From positions 736,001 to 800,000 of the forward strand of contig CAVSTP010000003.1 in assembly GCA_963730935.1 (NCBI GenBank): 64,000 nucleotides of DNA, read 5' to 3'. The notes below the pieces were generated by a model. The model was not told where the DNA came from and searched no databases. It saw only the letters and a list, made by a program, of their open reading frames with translations. The stretch comes from an uncultured Nitrospiraceae bacterium (GTDB lineage Bacteria; Nitrospirota; Nitrospiria; Nitrospirales; Nitrospiraceae). Positions 48,771-58,371 of this stretch are shown here, in pieces (position 1 is the stretch's first letter; each line of letters begins with the position of its first letter). The translations under genes were made by a program, and so were the position numbers.

Positions 48771-51700
48771 CTATCCAAGGGAGCCAGAGGAATTCTGTTT
48801 GCCGACAATGGCGACCAACGCCTGCCCATCGAAGATGGGAAGGATTCGGAAGGAGACGATTCCGCATTGTCTCAAGAGCGCCCCAAGACCCGCTTCATCG
48901 AATGTATGCAGGATGCCGTGACGGATCGCTTCTTGTAGCCGGGCAAAGTAGTGAAGCAGCGGTTGCGCTTGGGCACTGAACTCGTCCTGGTTGGCCTGCC
49001 GCAGATGCCGCCGATAGACAGGAGAAAGATCCGTGTTCGGATGGAAGACGGTGAGAATCAGGCGGCCATCGGGATGTAGCACGCGGTGCCATTCCTTGAG
49101 GGTGGCGAGCGGGGAAGGCACATAGGGGAGTGCAAAGTTGCAGACCAGCCGGCTCACAGAGCCGGTCTTAAACGGGAGCGCAGACCTCCGATCGGCCTGA
49201 AGCCAGGCGATGGCAAGCGGCGGCATGGCAGACAGCCGGCCGACAAAGCCCGTCGCGAGCTCGCGTTGCAGCACCAGCACCGCATGGCGGGCCTGCCCGA
49301 TCCGCTCCCGCGACCGTCCGACGCCGACCATCAGCGGCGAAGGCCGGTCAGTCCAACTGGCCTTGCCGGCGCGGTACGTGTGATTGACCAGCGCAGTGCG
49401 GGTCAAATCACTTTGGCCGACGCCCGCATCGACCAGCAAGGCACCCGGCTCGAGCGGGCTCATCAGGCCATAGAGATCATCCAGCAGTTTTCGGTACTCA
49501 TGCAGGTTGCCCAGATGCGGCAATTGCGCGAGATGGGCCGCACAGAGCGCCTCTCGGTTGATTTGCGAACCGTCATGCCGCAGGAAGTTGTATTCCTGCT
49601 CGATGCGGTGTTGTCGCGCGACATAGGGCTGTGCGGCGATTTCCTGTTGAGGTGACATGGTCTGCACCGAAATGACGGAACTGATCTGCTTGAGCAGCTG
49701 TGTGAAGGCGGCGGGTGGCGCTCCGTGGACGTCGAGATGCCGGTCAGTGACCGGAGAGGAAAGGTTCACCAGCCTCGTATGGGTGCCCAACGCGGTCATG
49801 AATGCGTGCGGCAGATCGGTAGGCGGTAAGGCGGTGGAGTCAGCGGGGCTTGTGGCAATGCAGAGCGGCGAGCGAATCAACCGGAGATCTTCCAGGGTCG
49901 ATTCGAGATCGGCACACCGGCCGGCGAGTAGATCGCTGACGAACTGATCCACGTTGACGTTCAAGCCCAGCAGGTTACAGACGCCGCGCCGCAACCCGAA
50001 CTGGTAGTCGGCGAGGAGATCATGTCCATGGACCGCCATGAGGAGGCTCGCCACATCGATGGCTGGATTCACCAACAGGAGCAAATCCAGGGGGCGCGTA
50101 TGAGCGGCGATCTTCAATGCAGCGCGGGCAGCCAGATCGCCGGCGATCACCACGATCGGCGCTTGCGGCCAGGTGTGCCGTACAAACTCCAACACTTTTT
50201 CGAGATCATGCTGCATGCTGCGCAATGTTGTCTGTTGGAGTTCGCCCTCGCTGTTCCCGAGGTGATTGGTCGGATCGTAACGAAGCACGCGGAACCGATG
50301 TTGGGCCAAGTAGTAGCTGAAGGCCATATAGTCCGAGGCCGTTTGCCCATACCCCGGGGCAATGATGATCGTGGGGCAGTTGGGATCGGATAATTGACTG
50401 AGATGGTCGTCCGTGATCGCGATGGTCTGACCACGAGCGTTACGGCATTCGCGTGGCAGGCTGATCACCGGCGCCGCCGTTGAAAACGCTTCGCCGGATC
50501 GCTGGGCGCGGAGATGTTGTCTGATGACTCGGTTCAGCTCGCGCTCGGCATAGGGGGTCAGCGGCTCAAACCGGAGTCCTGCCCGTACCGCACTGGCCTG
50601 GTCCGCCGTATGGAATGCGCTAGGCGCCGTCGGATCGGCTGCCGTCCAGACGACACGCGCTGCGAGCGTGGTATCCGGCGCTCCCGGCTCATGTGACCCT
50701 GGCTCGCTGCGATGGGCGGGGGCGAAGTGAATTTCGACGCGTTCTCTCAGCGCCTCGGACCGTTCCCGCGTCAGGATGCATGCGCCGGAGCGGCTGAGAT
50801 TCATCACCTGTGCCTGAAGGCGAGTGCCGGCTTCCTGCTGGGAAGTCGTCTCCAGGCGGGCGGGTAAGGCCGTCGATACGCGAACTGTTTCCCGGCGGTC
50901 ATATTCGGCGAGCTCGAAAGAAAGGGGCCGATCAGTCTGCGGCAGAGTGACCGGGGTGGGGAGGTGGATGTCCAGTGTGAAGGCAAGTGCTCGCTCATGA
51001 GCGGCCGCGATGAGCGAGGCAAGGACTGCCGTCTCCGTCTGATTCGGCCCAGTAAATTGCACGATAAGTTGAATGTCCGGCTGAATCGACAGCTGGATCC
51101 CTGACGCTGCGGCGGTCCGTGTATGAGCCTGACCGCCAAGCTCCAATGTGGCGACAGCAGTCGTGATCCGGATGACCGCTTCCTGGGATGAGAGAGGTGG
51201 AAAGTCACCCTGTACTCGTATCCCAGCTCCACTCACACTGACGTTCATGACCGTTCCTTCCCAGACGGACGATCCTCTGGTGATCTTTGCCGGCAACGCC
51301 GTCTGGATCCGTGCGTTGCTGCGGCGCTCGGTGCGCGCGGTAGTGGCCAGGTCCTGGTCCGCCGAAGGGCTCACGGATGACGGCGCTTCGGCGGTTCGCT
51401 CGATGGCCGCCGCGTCAATAACCTGCGGCTGAAGGGATGCAGGAGCGTGCCCCGTCGGGAGGCGGACGATCATGCGAAACGGCCCTGAGGCCGGCGCGGA
51501 CACATCGAGCGTTGCTCCGAGCGCTCCGGCCAGTCGGTAAAGGCTGTGGACATCAAGGGTGTCGGTCAACGAAGGCAGGATGCGGCCTGAGGGGTTCACG
51601 GCCTCGGTTTCAGTGATGTCCAGATGGATGTGCGTGGCGGAAGCCACGGGAAACAGTGTGGGTGTGTCAGCCGAATCGCCCGTTTTGATGGAGAGGAGAT

Positions 51701-52955
51701 GAGGCCGAGCGACCGTTGCCAGATACGCGCCTGCATAGGCCAGCAACTGTCGGAATAAGCGGGCGGTGGTCTCGCGATCGCCGCTGTAGTCGGGAAGGGC
51801 CGAGGTGAAATCTGTCGTGAAGCCGCTCGATCCGGCGGCCGTCGATGCCGATTGTAACACCTCGTCGAGAAGGCGATTGATGATGTGCGCGGTTCCCGCC
51901 GGACGGGCCAGGCGCATCAATTGCTGAACCAGTTCTGCCGAGGCCGTGGCCTGGCCACGTAACGCTTGGAGACGGTCGAGGATGCGGGATTCGAGGAGCG
52001 TATCGGCGAGTTGCTGTGATTCGTGCACGAGAGTGGAGAGCGGCTGCTCGAGCTCCTGCGAGAGTTCAGCCATCTGCCGAATGACGGTCTGGAGTTCTTC
52101 TGCTCGCTGCCGCTGCTCGATGAATGCCTGCTGAGCGGTCTGCTCTTTTCTGCGGTGAGACACGTCTCGAATGATGCCGATGGTGCCGAGGAAGCGCCGC
52201 GACGCGTCGTACAATCCACGCGCAGTGACGGAGGCGAGCATGTGGCCCATGCCCTCGGCCGTCTTTCCTTGAAGTGTCACTTCAAATTCACTGACCGCCC
52301 GGTCGCCGGCGCGCCGCTCGTTGAAGCGAAAGTGTGCAAGCCGTTGCTCGGCCTCGGAAAACAACGTGGAGTATGAACGGCCGATCAGTTCTTCCGATCG
52401 GTAGCCCAGCGATGCCGGCAGATTGCGGCTCAGCGAGAGAAACCGTCCATCGGCGTCGAGTTCGTACAGGACATCCCCCAGGGAGTCGACGACCCAGGAA
52501 TGCCGGCGCTCCGCGCGTTCCGCCGCCAACCTGCTCTCACGTCTGTCGATGGCCTCCCTCGTGCAAAACAAGAGCTCGGTCAAAAACGCCGGAGAGTGTT
52601 TGTAAAGGAACAGGTCTGCGCCCATCTGAAGCGCCTCGAGCGCCGCCCCGGAATCGGTTCGGGACGTCTGTAAGATGATTGAGGCGTAGGGCATCCGATG
52701 CTTGAGGGCAGAGATGAAAGTTGAAGGCGGATCGGGCAGGGAGCTCTCGTCGACGAGTGCCATGGCCCACGCTTGCGCCGGGGCCTGAATCATTCGGTCG
52801 GCCTCCTCGGCGGAATAGGCGACTTCGATGCGGACGTCGGCAAAGAACCCGCGCAGGCTGATAGTGACGAGTTTGATCTCTTCGGCGTTCTCGTTGACGA
52901 GAAGGATGGTTATGGGTTCGCTCTGCGGCATCGGACCGGTATCCAAAGGAAACAC
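48771..52955 (-). CDS. Multidomain protein: REC-PAS-degenerate HK-PilZ-PilZ-LuxD-like alpha/beta hydrolase-SAM methyltransferase
   Basis: Domain motifs listed in findings; GTG start at 52955 or ATG at 52931. Confidence 0.8.
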   Translation of the reverse strand: MFPLDTGPMPQSEPITILLVNENAEEIKLVTISLRGFFADVRIEVAYSAEEADRMIQAPAQAWAMALVDESSLPDPPSTFISALKHRMPYASIILQTSRTDSGAALEALQMGADLFLYKHSPAFLTELLFCTREAIDRRESRLAAERAERRHSWVVDSLGDVLYELDADGRFLSLSRNLPASLGYRSEELIGRSYSTLFSEAEQRLAHFRFNERRAGDRAVSEFEVTLQGKTAEGMGHMLASVTARGLYDASRRFLGTIGIIRDVSHRRKEQTAQQAFIEQRQRAEELQTVIRQMAELSQELEQPLSTLVHESQQLADTLLESRILDRLQALRGQATASAELVQQLMRLARPAGTAHIINRLLDEVLQSASTAAGSSGFTTDFTSALPDYSGDRETTARLFRQLLAYAGAYLATVARPHLLSIKTGDSADTPTLFPVASATHIHLDITETEAVNPSGRILPSLTDTLDVHSLYRLAGALGATLDVSAPASGPFRMIVRLPTGHAPASLQPQVIDAAAIERTAEAPSSVSPSADQDLATTARTERRSNARIQTALPAKITRGSSVWEGTVMNVSVSGAGIRVQGDFPPLSSQEAVIRITTAVATLELGGQAHTRTAAASGIQLSIQPDIQLIVQFTGPNQTETAVLASLIAAAHERALAFTLDIHLPTPVTLPQTDRPLSFELAEYDRRETVRVSTALPARLETTSQQEAGTRLQAQVMNLSRSGACILTRERSEALRERVEIHFAPAHRSEPGSHEPGAPDTTLAARVVWTAADPTAPSAFHTADQASAVRAGLRFEPLTPYAERELNRVIRQHLRAQRSGEAFSTAAPVISLPRECRNARGQTIAITDDHLSQLSDPNCPTIIIAPGYGQTASDYMAFSYYLAQHRFRVLRYDPTNHLGNSEGELQQTTLRSMQHDLEKVLEFVRHTWPQAPIVVIAGDLAARAALKIAAHTRPLDLLLLVNPAIDVASLLMAVHGHDLLADYQFGLRRGVCNLLGLNVNVDQFVSDLLAGRCADLESTLEDLRLIRSPLCIATSPADSTALPPTDLPHAFMTALGTHTRLVNLSSPVTDRHLDVHGAPPAAFTQLLKQISSVISVQTMSPQQEIAAQPYVARQHRIEQEYNFLRHDGSQINREALCAAHLAQLPHLGNLHEYRKLLDDLYGLMSPLEPGALLVDAGVGQSDLTRTALVNHTYRAGKASWTDRPSPLMVGVGRSRERIGQARHAVLVLQRELATGFVGRLSAMPPLAIAWLQADRRSALPFKTGSVSRLVCNFALPYVPSPLATLKEWHRVLHPDGRLILTVFHPNTDLSPVYRRHLRQANQDEFSAQAQPLLHYFARLQEAIRHGILHTFDEAGLGALLRQCGIVSFRILPIFDGQALVAIVGKQNSSGSLG

Positions 52956-53170
52956 GGTTCCAGAGCGAGAGAAGTCACCATCCCGCGCCTCAACAAGTCG
53001 GACGGAACGGTCCCAGGCGTGGGTAGACGAATATCTACTGCTCGGGTCGGTAAGTGATTAGCACAGGTGTGCGCAAGAAACCCAGCCTGGCTCTGGGGGA
53101 AAGAGCTCCTACTTTCGTAGGGGACTGGGTGGCGTCCCGAAGGAAGTGCACCGGGTTTCTCGTTAGACGG

Positions 53171-54166
53171 CTACCGGACGCTCGCCGTGGCGGGGGACGG
53201 ACAGGTTCCCGGAGTCATGTACAACAGGTAATTGCCCATGCCGTGCTGCGGATCCTGTTTCTGCAGGGGATGATGATGCACCATCACCATCTCGTAGTCG
53301 TCGTCCTTGGTGACAGGAAACCCTTGGGCGTCTTTGTAGACCTGATGCGGTTGAAACTCGAGGAAGGTGCCGTCGCGCATGACGTCCGGCACAGTGCGTA
53401 GGAGCGTCTGGTGTTTCGTCTTGTTCTCGAGCGCGATGAGCAGCAGCTCGTCGTGGCCGTGCGGATAGGCGAATTTCACGCAGCCATCCATGGCGAACTT
53501 CAATGGTGCGGTGTGGACCTGAACACCCGGCTTGATTTCGATGCCTTCGTCGGTCTGGTCCGGGCCACGCTGCGCGAATTTGCTGTAACACACGACGTTG
53601 ACGCCCACCTGGTAGACGTCCATCTCCTTCACCGGTTGATCCTCGGGCGCCATGTACATAGTGAAACTGGCCATCACATGCTTGGTCGGAGGCGCCTTAT
53701 GATAGAACGCCACGACCGACATCAGGTGTTGACCCTTGGCAAGCTTCACGCCGTAGCCTTCCGGGAATTTCGCTTCCGTCATCTCCAGTCCCGCTCCACC
53801 GAAAAACAGCGGCTCGCCGGGACAGGACACGCTGGGCTTGTCGTTGTTGAGCATGAGAATATGGTGCAGATAATTCCGGGGAAGCGCCTTCCCTTCCTGA
53901 GTGAACACCGCGGATTTGAAGCCCACCATATACATGTCTTTTGGAAGTTGGAAAATGTGCTTGGGCATCGAGGCGGCCAGGTCGCCTTCATGGCCTGAGG
54001 GAAGATCGATCGGTCCGAACGTCAGGGTGACGGCATTGTCTTTGATCGTGACGACGGTAGTAATCTGATTCTTCAGTGTCGGTACCGCATGGTGAGCATG
54101 GCCGCCGTCGGCAGAGACCGTAGAAGGCCACAGCCAGAGGGCTGCGAGAAGCACGATCCAACGCAT
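53171..54166 (-). CDS. Secreted His/Met-rich protein, copper type II monooxygenase (PHM/DBH)-like
   Basis: GGAGG RBS, signal peptide, LHHIL, FYH, HGH and HGM motifs. Confidence 0.55.
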   Translation of the reverse strand: MRWIVLLAALWLWPSTVSADGGHAHHAVPTLKNQITTVVTIKDNAVTLTFGPIDLPSGHEGDLAASMPKHIFQLPKDMYMVGFKSAVFTQEGKALPRNYLHHILMLNNDKPSVSCPGEPLFFGGAGLEMTEAKFPEGYGVKLAKGQHLMSVVAFYHKAPPTKHVMASFTMYMAPEDQPVKEMDVYQVGVNVVCYSKFAQRGPDQTDEGIEIKPGVQVHTAPLKFAMDGCVKFAYPHGHDELLLIALENKTKHQTLLRTVPDVMRDGTFLEFQPHQVYKDAQGFPVTKDDDYEMVMVHHHPLQKQDPQHGMGNYLLYMTPGTCPSPATASVR

Positions 54167-54262
54167 AGTTCCTCCAAAACGACGTGAGTTCATCGAAGCT
54201 TGACATCTCGAGCGTTTAGCATGCGCCGCCTGTGCCTGAGCAGTCTGTTCAATTCTGATCAA

Positions 54263-55162
54263 TCACGGGGCTACGGGCACCGGCGTGATCCGCTTCCATT
54301 GATAGGTGCCGCCGTGTTCGCGCGGCGGGATGTTCTTATGGTTGCCGACTCTGGTGTACCACCAGACGCCTTTGGCTTCTTTCCCGTCCTCTGAAAGCAG
54401 GACCTCGAAGCCGCCTTCGCGATCGTTGCCCGGCTGTTGCCAGGTTCCCTGCCATAGACGATTAGTGAACTGTGTGGTGACGAAGCGGCCGCCGTGCTGC
54501 GTATAGGGACCATTGCCGCCTTTGTCCAACGTCGCCCGATAGCGCTTATCGTCCTCTACCTCAAGGATTTCCCATTCTCCGCTCAAGTCGGGTGCGACCT
54601 GAGCTGTGGCTGACGCCGTCAACGTGAGCGCTGGCGGCGATGGCTGTCGATCGTTCAGTGTCACCGCGCTTCCTGCATTGCGAAACGACTCGTGCCAGGA
54701 CAGGAGGACCCACTGTCCGTCCCTACGCTCCAAGACGCCGGTTTCGCGCAGCGGAAGCAGCGCCCGCTGGGGGTCGTTGCCATCGGTCACGGTTCGAATG
54801 TAGTCGAGCTCCATGGCGTACCAGGCGAGGTCGCCTTTGGTCCACACCTTCAACTCCCGGATGGAAATCTCAATGGTGGCCGCTGAATCGAATTCCTCCC
54901 GTAGATCCTGCTCAAGACGCGACCAGCCGACGTATTTTCTGCCTCCTATCGTGTAGCTGGTGATGTCCGCGTCGTGCGCCATCATCCGCGACATCGTCCG
55001 CATGTCCTTCTCGACATTGGCCCGTATGAGGGCACGCACGGCGGCTTCCGCACTCTGGTCGTCGGAGGCGAGGCTCACACAGGCCGGTGCCGCCAGGGCC
55101 GTTACGCAGAGGACCCAGCAGACAAGGGAACCTCGAATTAACAACATCTTAGATCGCTCCAA
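54263..55162 (-). CDS. Secreted NTF2/SnoaL-like domain protein with C-terminal beta domain
   Basis: Signal peptide; RETGVLERRDGQWVLLSWHES NTF2-like end; Trp/Gly-rich C-terminal domain. Confidence 0.7.
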   Translation of the reverse strand: MERSKMLLIRGSLVCWVLCVTALAAPACVSLASDDQSAEAAVRALIRANVEKDMRTMSRMMAHDADITSYTIGGRKYVGWSRLEQDLREEFDSAATIEISIRELKVWTKGDLAWYAMELDYIRTVTDGNDPQRALLPLRETGVLERRDGQWVLLSWHESFRNAGSAVTLNDRQPSPPALTLTASATAQVAPDLSGEWEILEVEDDKRYRATLDKGGNGPYTQHGGRFVTTQFTNRLWQGTWQQPGNDREGGFEVLLSEDGKEAKGVWWYTRVGNHKNIPPREHGGTYQWKRITPVPVAP

Positions 55163-55214
55163 CTAGTCGATATCACGGATGGCGCGCGAAGGAGTGTGTG
55201 GCTAGATTCTGAGG

Positions 55215-56024
55215 CTACATTGGCGGTAGGGTCTTGTCAATGGCCAGACTTCCGACTTTCCCAGGCGTCGTGTACGCGCAGACGATGACGGTCACATTGT
55301 CTTCGCCTCCCCGAGCCAAAGCCTCTTCCACCAGGTCGTGACATGCGCGTCGGGGATTGCGTTGTGTTTGCGCGAGGATGGACGCTATGTCCGCATCATC
55401 GAGCATTTTCGTAAGTCCGTCGCTACAGAGCATCAGGACATCATCGTCCGTCAGCGCCGTCGAAGTGACCTCCGGCGTCATGTCGAGTCCCATCCCCAGC
55501 CCTTTGGCGAGCACGTGCCGATCCGGATAGGCGCGGGCTGTCGCGTCGTTGATCAAACCGCGCTCGAGCAAGAGGGCGACCAGCGTGTGATCGCGGGTGA
55601 GCTGGGTGAGGGTGCCGGCATGAAACCGATACGCGCGACTGTCCCCCAAGTGGGCAATGTGGGCCACCGGCGGAGACGTCGGCGCAATGGTCATGGCGAC
55701 GATTGTCGTGCCCATGCCCTTGAGGGCCGGCTCGTCCCGTATTTTCTCATGAATGGCGCGATTGGCCTCCGTAATCGTTTCGGCCAGGTGTTTCTCCAGG
55801 ACCTCCGGTGCCTGGTCCTTCGCGGCAAGCACCGCCTTCGCCCGTTGCGTGGCCACGTGAACCGCGAGATGAGCGGCCACGTCTCCGGCAGGATGCCCCC
55901 CCATCCCGTCGGCGACGATCCAGAAATTGCAGCTGTTGATCGCGGCGAAGACGTCCTGGTTCATGCTGCGCACATACCCGGTTTCCGTTCGGCCGACGCC
56001 CAACCATCGCGGAGATTTTTTCAT
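55215..56024 (-). CDS. PP2C family Ser/Thr phosphatase
   Basis: NQD, VADGMGGH, HLGDSR, CSDGL, GEDNVT motifs. Confidence 0.92.
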   Translation of the reverse strand: MKKSPRWLGVGRTETGYVRSMNQDVFAAINSCNFWIVADGMGGHPAGDVAAHLAVHVATQRAKAVLAAKDQAPEVLEKHLAETITEANRAIHEKIRDEPALKGMGTTIVAMTIAPTSPPVAHIAHLGDSRAYRFHAGTLTQLTRDHTLVALLLERGLINDATARAYPDRHVLAKGLGMGLDMTPEVTSTALTDDDVLMLCSDGLTKMLDDADIASILAQTQRNPRRACHDLVEEALARGGEDNVTVIVCAYTTPGKVGSLAIDKTLPPM

Positions 56025-56827
56025 GGGGTCACCGCTCCGCCGATCGGCGCAGGCCGATCAGCGGGGCCCACCGAAGCCGGGCCGTAACGCCCCGCCATCT
56101 GCTGGAATAGAAGTTCGGCCAAAGGTTCCAGGTTTCGGGCATCGGCGGCATTGTAGCGCAGCAGGAGATCGAGCGCTGCATCCTCGCCGCCCCGCCATCG
56201 ATGCCAGAGACGGACCGCATCCCAGCCATCCAGGCCTTCGATGGTCTCCTCCCGGTGGATCTGCAGCTCACGCTCGATGAACTTTAATCCGCCTTGCAGT
56301 CCCAGTCGACGGGCGGCGAAGCACAAATCGAAATGCGGCTTGTTGAAATTCAATCGGGGAAACGCCGCTTGGAGATAGGGAATGTCGAAGACGCTGCCGA
56401 AAAACGTGACGAGCAGATCGGTCTGCTCGAGGGCCTCGCGCAGGCGGTCTTCGGTCAGATTTTCGCCGCGGACCAGACTCTCCATGCGTCCGTTCCGATA
56501 CAGCCCCACCACGGTCACGAATCCCTCGCGGGCAGAGTGGCCCGTGGTTTCGATGTCGAGATACAACGCGCGATGACGGAAGGTGTCGAACAGGCGCCAA
56601 TGGTCGCTGCCCTTGAGGCACGTTCGGAAGAAATCCACCCCGCCGACCGCCAAGCGTGATTGTGCCGTGGCGAGCGCGTCGTCATACCAACATTTTCTCA
56701 TTGAGGAAATGTAGGGAATCACTGGTCGGTTGAGAAAGGCGGACCAATCGGCGATGCCATCCTGCCACAGCCGTCGTTCGGTTGCAGGACCGATTCCTTT
56801 GAGAAGAACGAAGGTGGAGGTCAGCAT
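56021..56827 (-). CDS. YprB-like RNase H-fold (DEDD-type) nuclease
   Basis: LDIETTG, FDIPYL, GGLK, YNAAD motifs; N-terminal GIG HhH-like segment. Confidence 0.85.
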   Translation of the reverse strand: MLTSTFVLLKGIGPATERRLWQDGIADWSAFLNRPVIPYISSMRKCWYDDALATAQSRLAVGGVDFFRTCLKGSDHWRLFDTFRHRALYLDIETTGHSAREGFVTVVGLYRNGRMESLVRGENLTEDRLREALEQTDLLVTFFGSVFDIPYLQAAFPRLNFNKPHFDLCFAARRLGLQGGLKFIERELQIHREETIEGLDGWDAVRLWHRWRGGEDAALDLLLRYNAADARNLEPLAELLFQQMAGRYGPASVGPADRPAPIGGAVTP

Positions 56828-56881
56828 CGTGACAGCTGATTGTAGCCTTGATTTCACCGGTTAAACAAGCTAGAGTCCGCG

Positions 56882-57310
56882 ATGGGAGCGGGTTTTGTCT
56901 CGTTGCAGAAAGAGAGCGTTCCGTCGTTGGCTGACCCGGTCAGGAAAATTCGCATCACGGTCGGAGCCGTGCAAGTGGAAGCTGAGCTGAAAGGCAATAA
57001 AACGGCTCAGGAGGTATACGCGGCGCTCCCTGTGGAAGCTCCGGTGAATACCTGGGGTGAAGAGTTCTATTTCAGGCTCGACGGCGTCAAGGATTACCGG
57101 GAGACGGCAACCAATCAGGTGAAGATCGGTGATGTTGCCTTCTGGGGGGCGGGGCAGGTGTTGGCCATTTTTTTCGGGCGCACGCCGATGAGCATGGGAC
57201 CCGACCCTGTTCCGGCGGACCGCGTCAATGTCATCGGCCGCATCTCGGGCGATCCCACGGTCCTGCGGCGGGTAATGGAAGCGCCGCGGATTCGGGTCGA
57301 ACGGGTCTGA
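56882..57310 (+). CDS. Cyclophilin-like fold protein
   Basis: ALP...WGEEFYF...GDVAFW...IFFG pattern; start uncertain. Confidence 0.75.
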   Translation: MGAGFVSLQKESVPSLADPVRKIRITVGAVQVEAELKGNKTAQEVYAALPVEAPVNTWGEEFYFRLDGVKDYRETATNQVKIGDVAFWGAGQVLAIFFGRTPMSMGPDPVPADRVNVIGRISGDPTVLRRVMEAPRIRVERV

Positions 57311-57313
57311 GCG

Positions 57314-57595
57314 ATGCGGCTGTCCAAGGAGCGGGTCAGGCATATGGCTGAAGCCCTGGTGGCGCGGTTGGTCCAAGAAGGTCATATCTCGCTGACGGGA
57401 ACGCCGAAGGCGTTTGTGGAGGCGCTGAATCAGACTGTCACCGACGAGTTATCGATAGAGGACCGGTTGAACGGCGAGGTCCGCCAATTGCTCAAGGCCT
57501 ACGAACGTGAGATTGAAGCTGGTCAGGTCGATTATCAGAAGATGTTCACGATGATCAAGCAGAAACTGGTCCGTGAAAGAGGCATCATTTTGTAA
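57314..57595 (+). CDS. DUF507 family protein
   Basis: MRLS...EV...DYQKMF...K.KL pattern. Confidence 0.7.
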   Translation: MRLSKERVRHMAEALVARLVQEGHISLTGTPKAFVEALNQTVTDELSIEDRLNGEVRQLLKAYEREIEAGQVDYQKMFTMIKQKLVRERGIIL

Positions 57596-57624
57596 GAGTG
57601 GATCATACGAGCGACGAACCACAG

Positions 57625-57897
57625 ATGCTTTCCGAAGACAAGGTCAGCCACCTCTCGCATGTCATCCTCATGGTGGTGAAGAAAAGCCCGCTGGTCCAGG
57701 TGAAAACCGAGGATGGACGGATCTTAAAAGAGATCAAGCGGGTGCTTGCCGGCGAGCTGGCGCAAGAACAGGACATCGATCGAAAGGTCCGTGCCAAGCT
57801 GGGGTCATACTCTCGCGGAATCGTGGAGGGCAGTCCGGAATGGGAGGTCCTGTATCGTAAGACGTTTGAGGAAGAATCCAGGAAGCATGCGAAGTGA
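57625..57897 (+). CDS. DUF507 family protein (second paralogue)
   Basis: MLSEDKVSHL...EGSPEWEVLY pattern. Confidence 0.7.
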   Translation: MLSEDKVSHLSHVILMVVKKSPLVQVKTEDGRILKEIKRVLAGELAQEQDIDRKVRAKLGSYSRGIVEGSPEWEVLYRKTFEEESRKHAK

Positions 57898-57925
57898 CGA
57901 GTTGACTGTTGCAGGGAGGAACAAC

Positions 57926-58360
57926 ATGAAAGCGTGGTTATTGGTCCTGGCGCTCGTGGTCATCGTTGGTCTCGCAGGCTGCGCGAAAAAGGGGAGGCCG
58001 CTCGCGCCACTGGCGCTGGACCGCGGTGCGACGCCGCAGGCTGTGACGTTGACGGAACAGGGAACGCAAGCCTATCAAACCCGACAGTTCGACGCGGCGA
58101 AGCAGTATTTTTCGCAAGCCCTGACGGCGGATCCGCAGTCCGGTCAGGCCCATTACAACTATGCGCTTGCGCTCAATGCGTTGGGCGATGTCGATGATGC
58201 GAGGCAGCATTTCATCGAGGCGGCCAACCTGGCGCCCGGCGATAAGACAATTTGGGATTCGCCCGCCCTGCATCAGTATGGCAATCCGCAGACGGAAAAG
58301 GTGTCTAAAGAACATAGGACGACGAACAGCCGCCCGACGTTCGGCGGTGGGCCTCGGTAG
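57926..58360 (+). CDS. TPR lipoprotein
   Basis: GGAGG RBS, lipobox LAGC, two TPR motifs. Confidence 0.8.
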   Translation: MKAWLLVLALVVIVGLAGCAKKGRPLAPLALDRGATPQAVTLTEQGTQAYQTRQFDAAKQYFSQALTADPQSGQAHYNYALALNALGDVDDARQHFIEAANLAPGDKTIWDSPALHQYGNPQTEKVSKEHRTTNSRPTFGGGPR

Positions 58361-58371
58361 AGAGGATCAGC

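Noticed and set aside
49600..50450. Bioluminescence (lux) operon suggested by the LuxD-like domain
   Set aside because: No luxA/B/C/E in the window, and the catalytic Ser position is substituted
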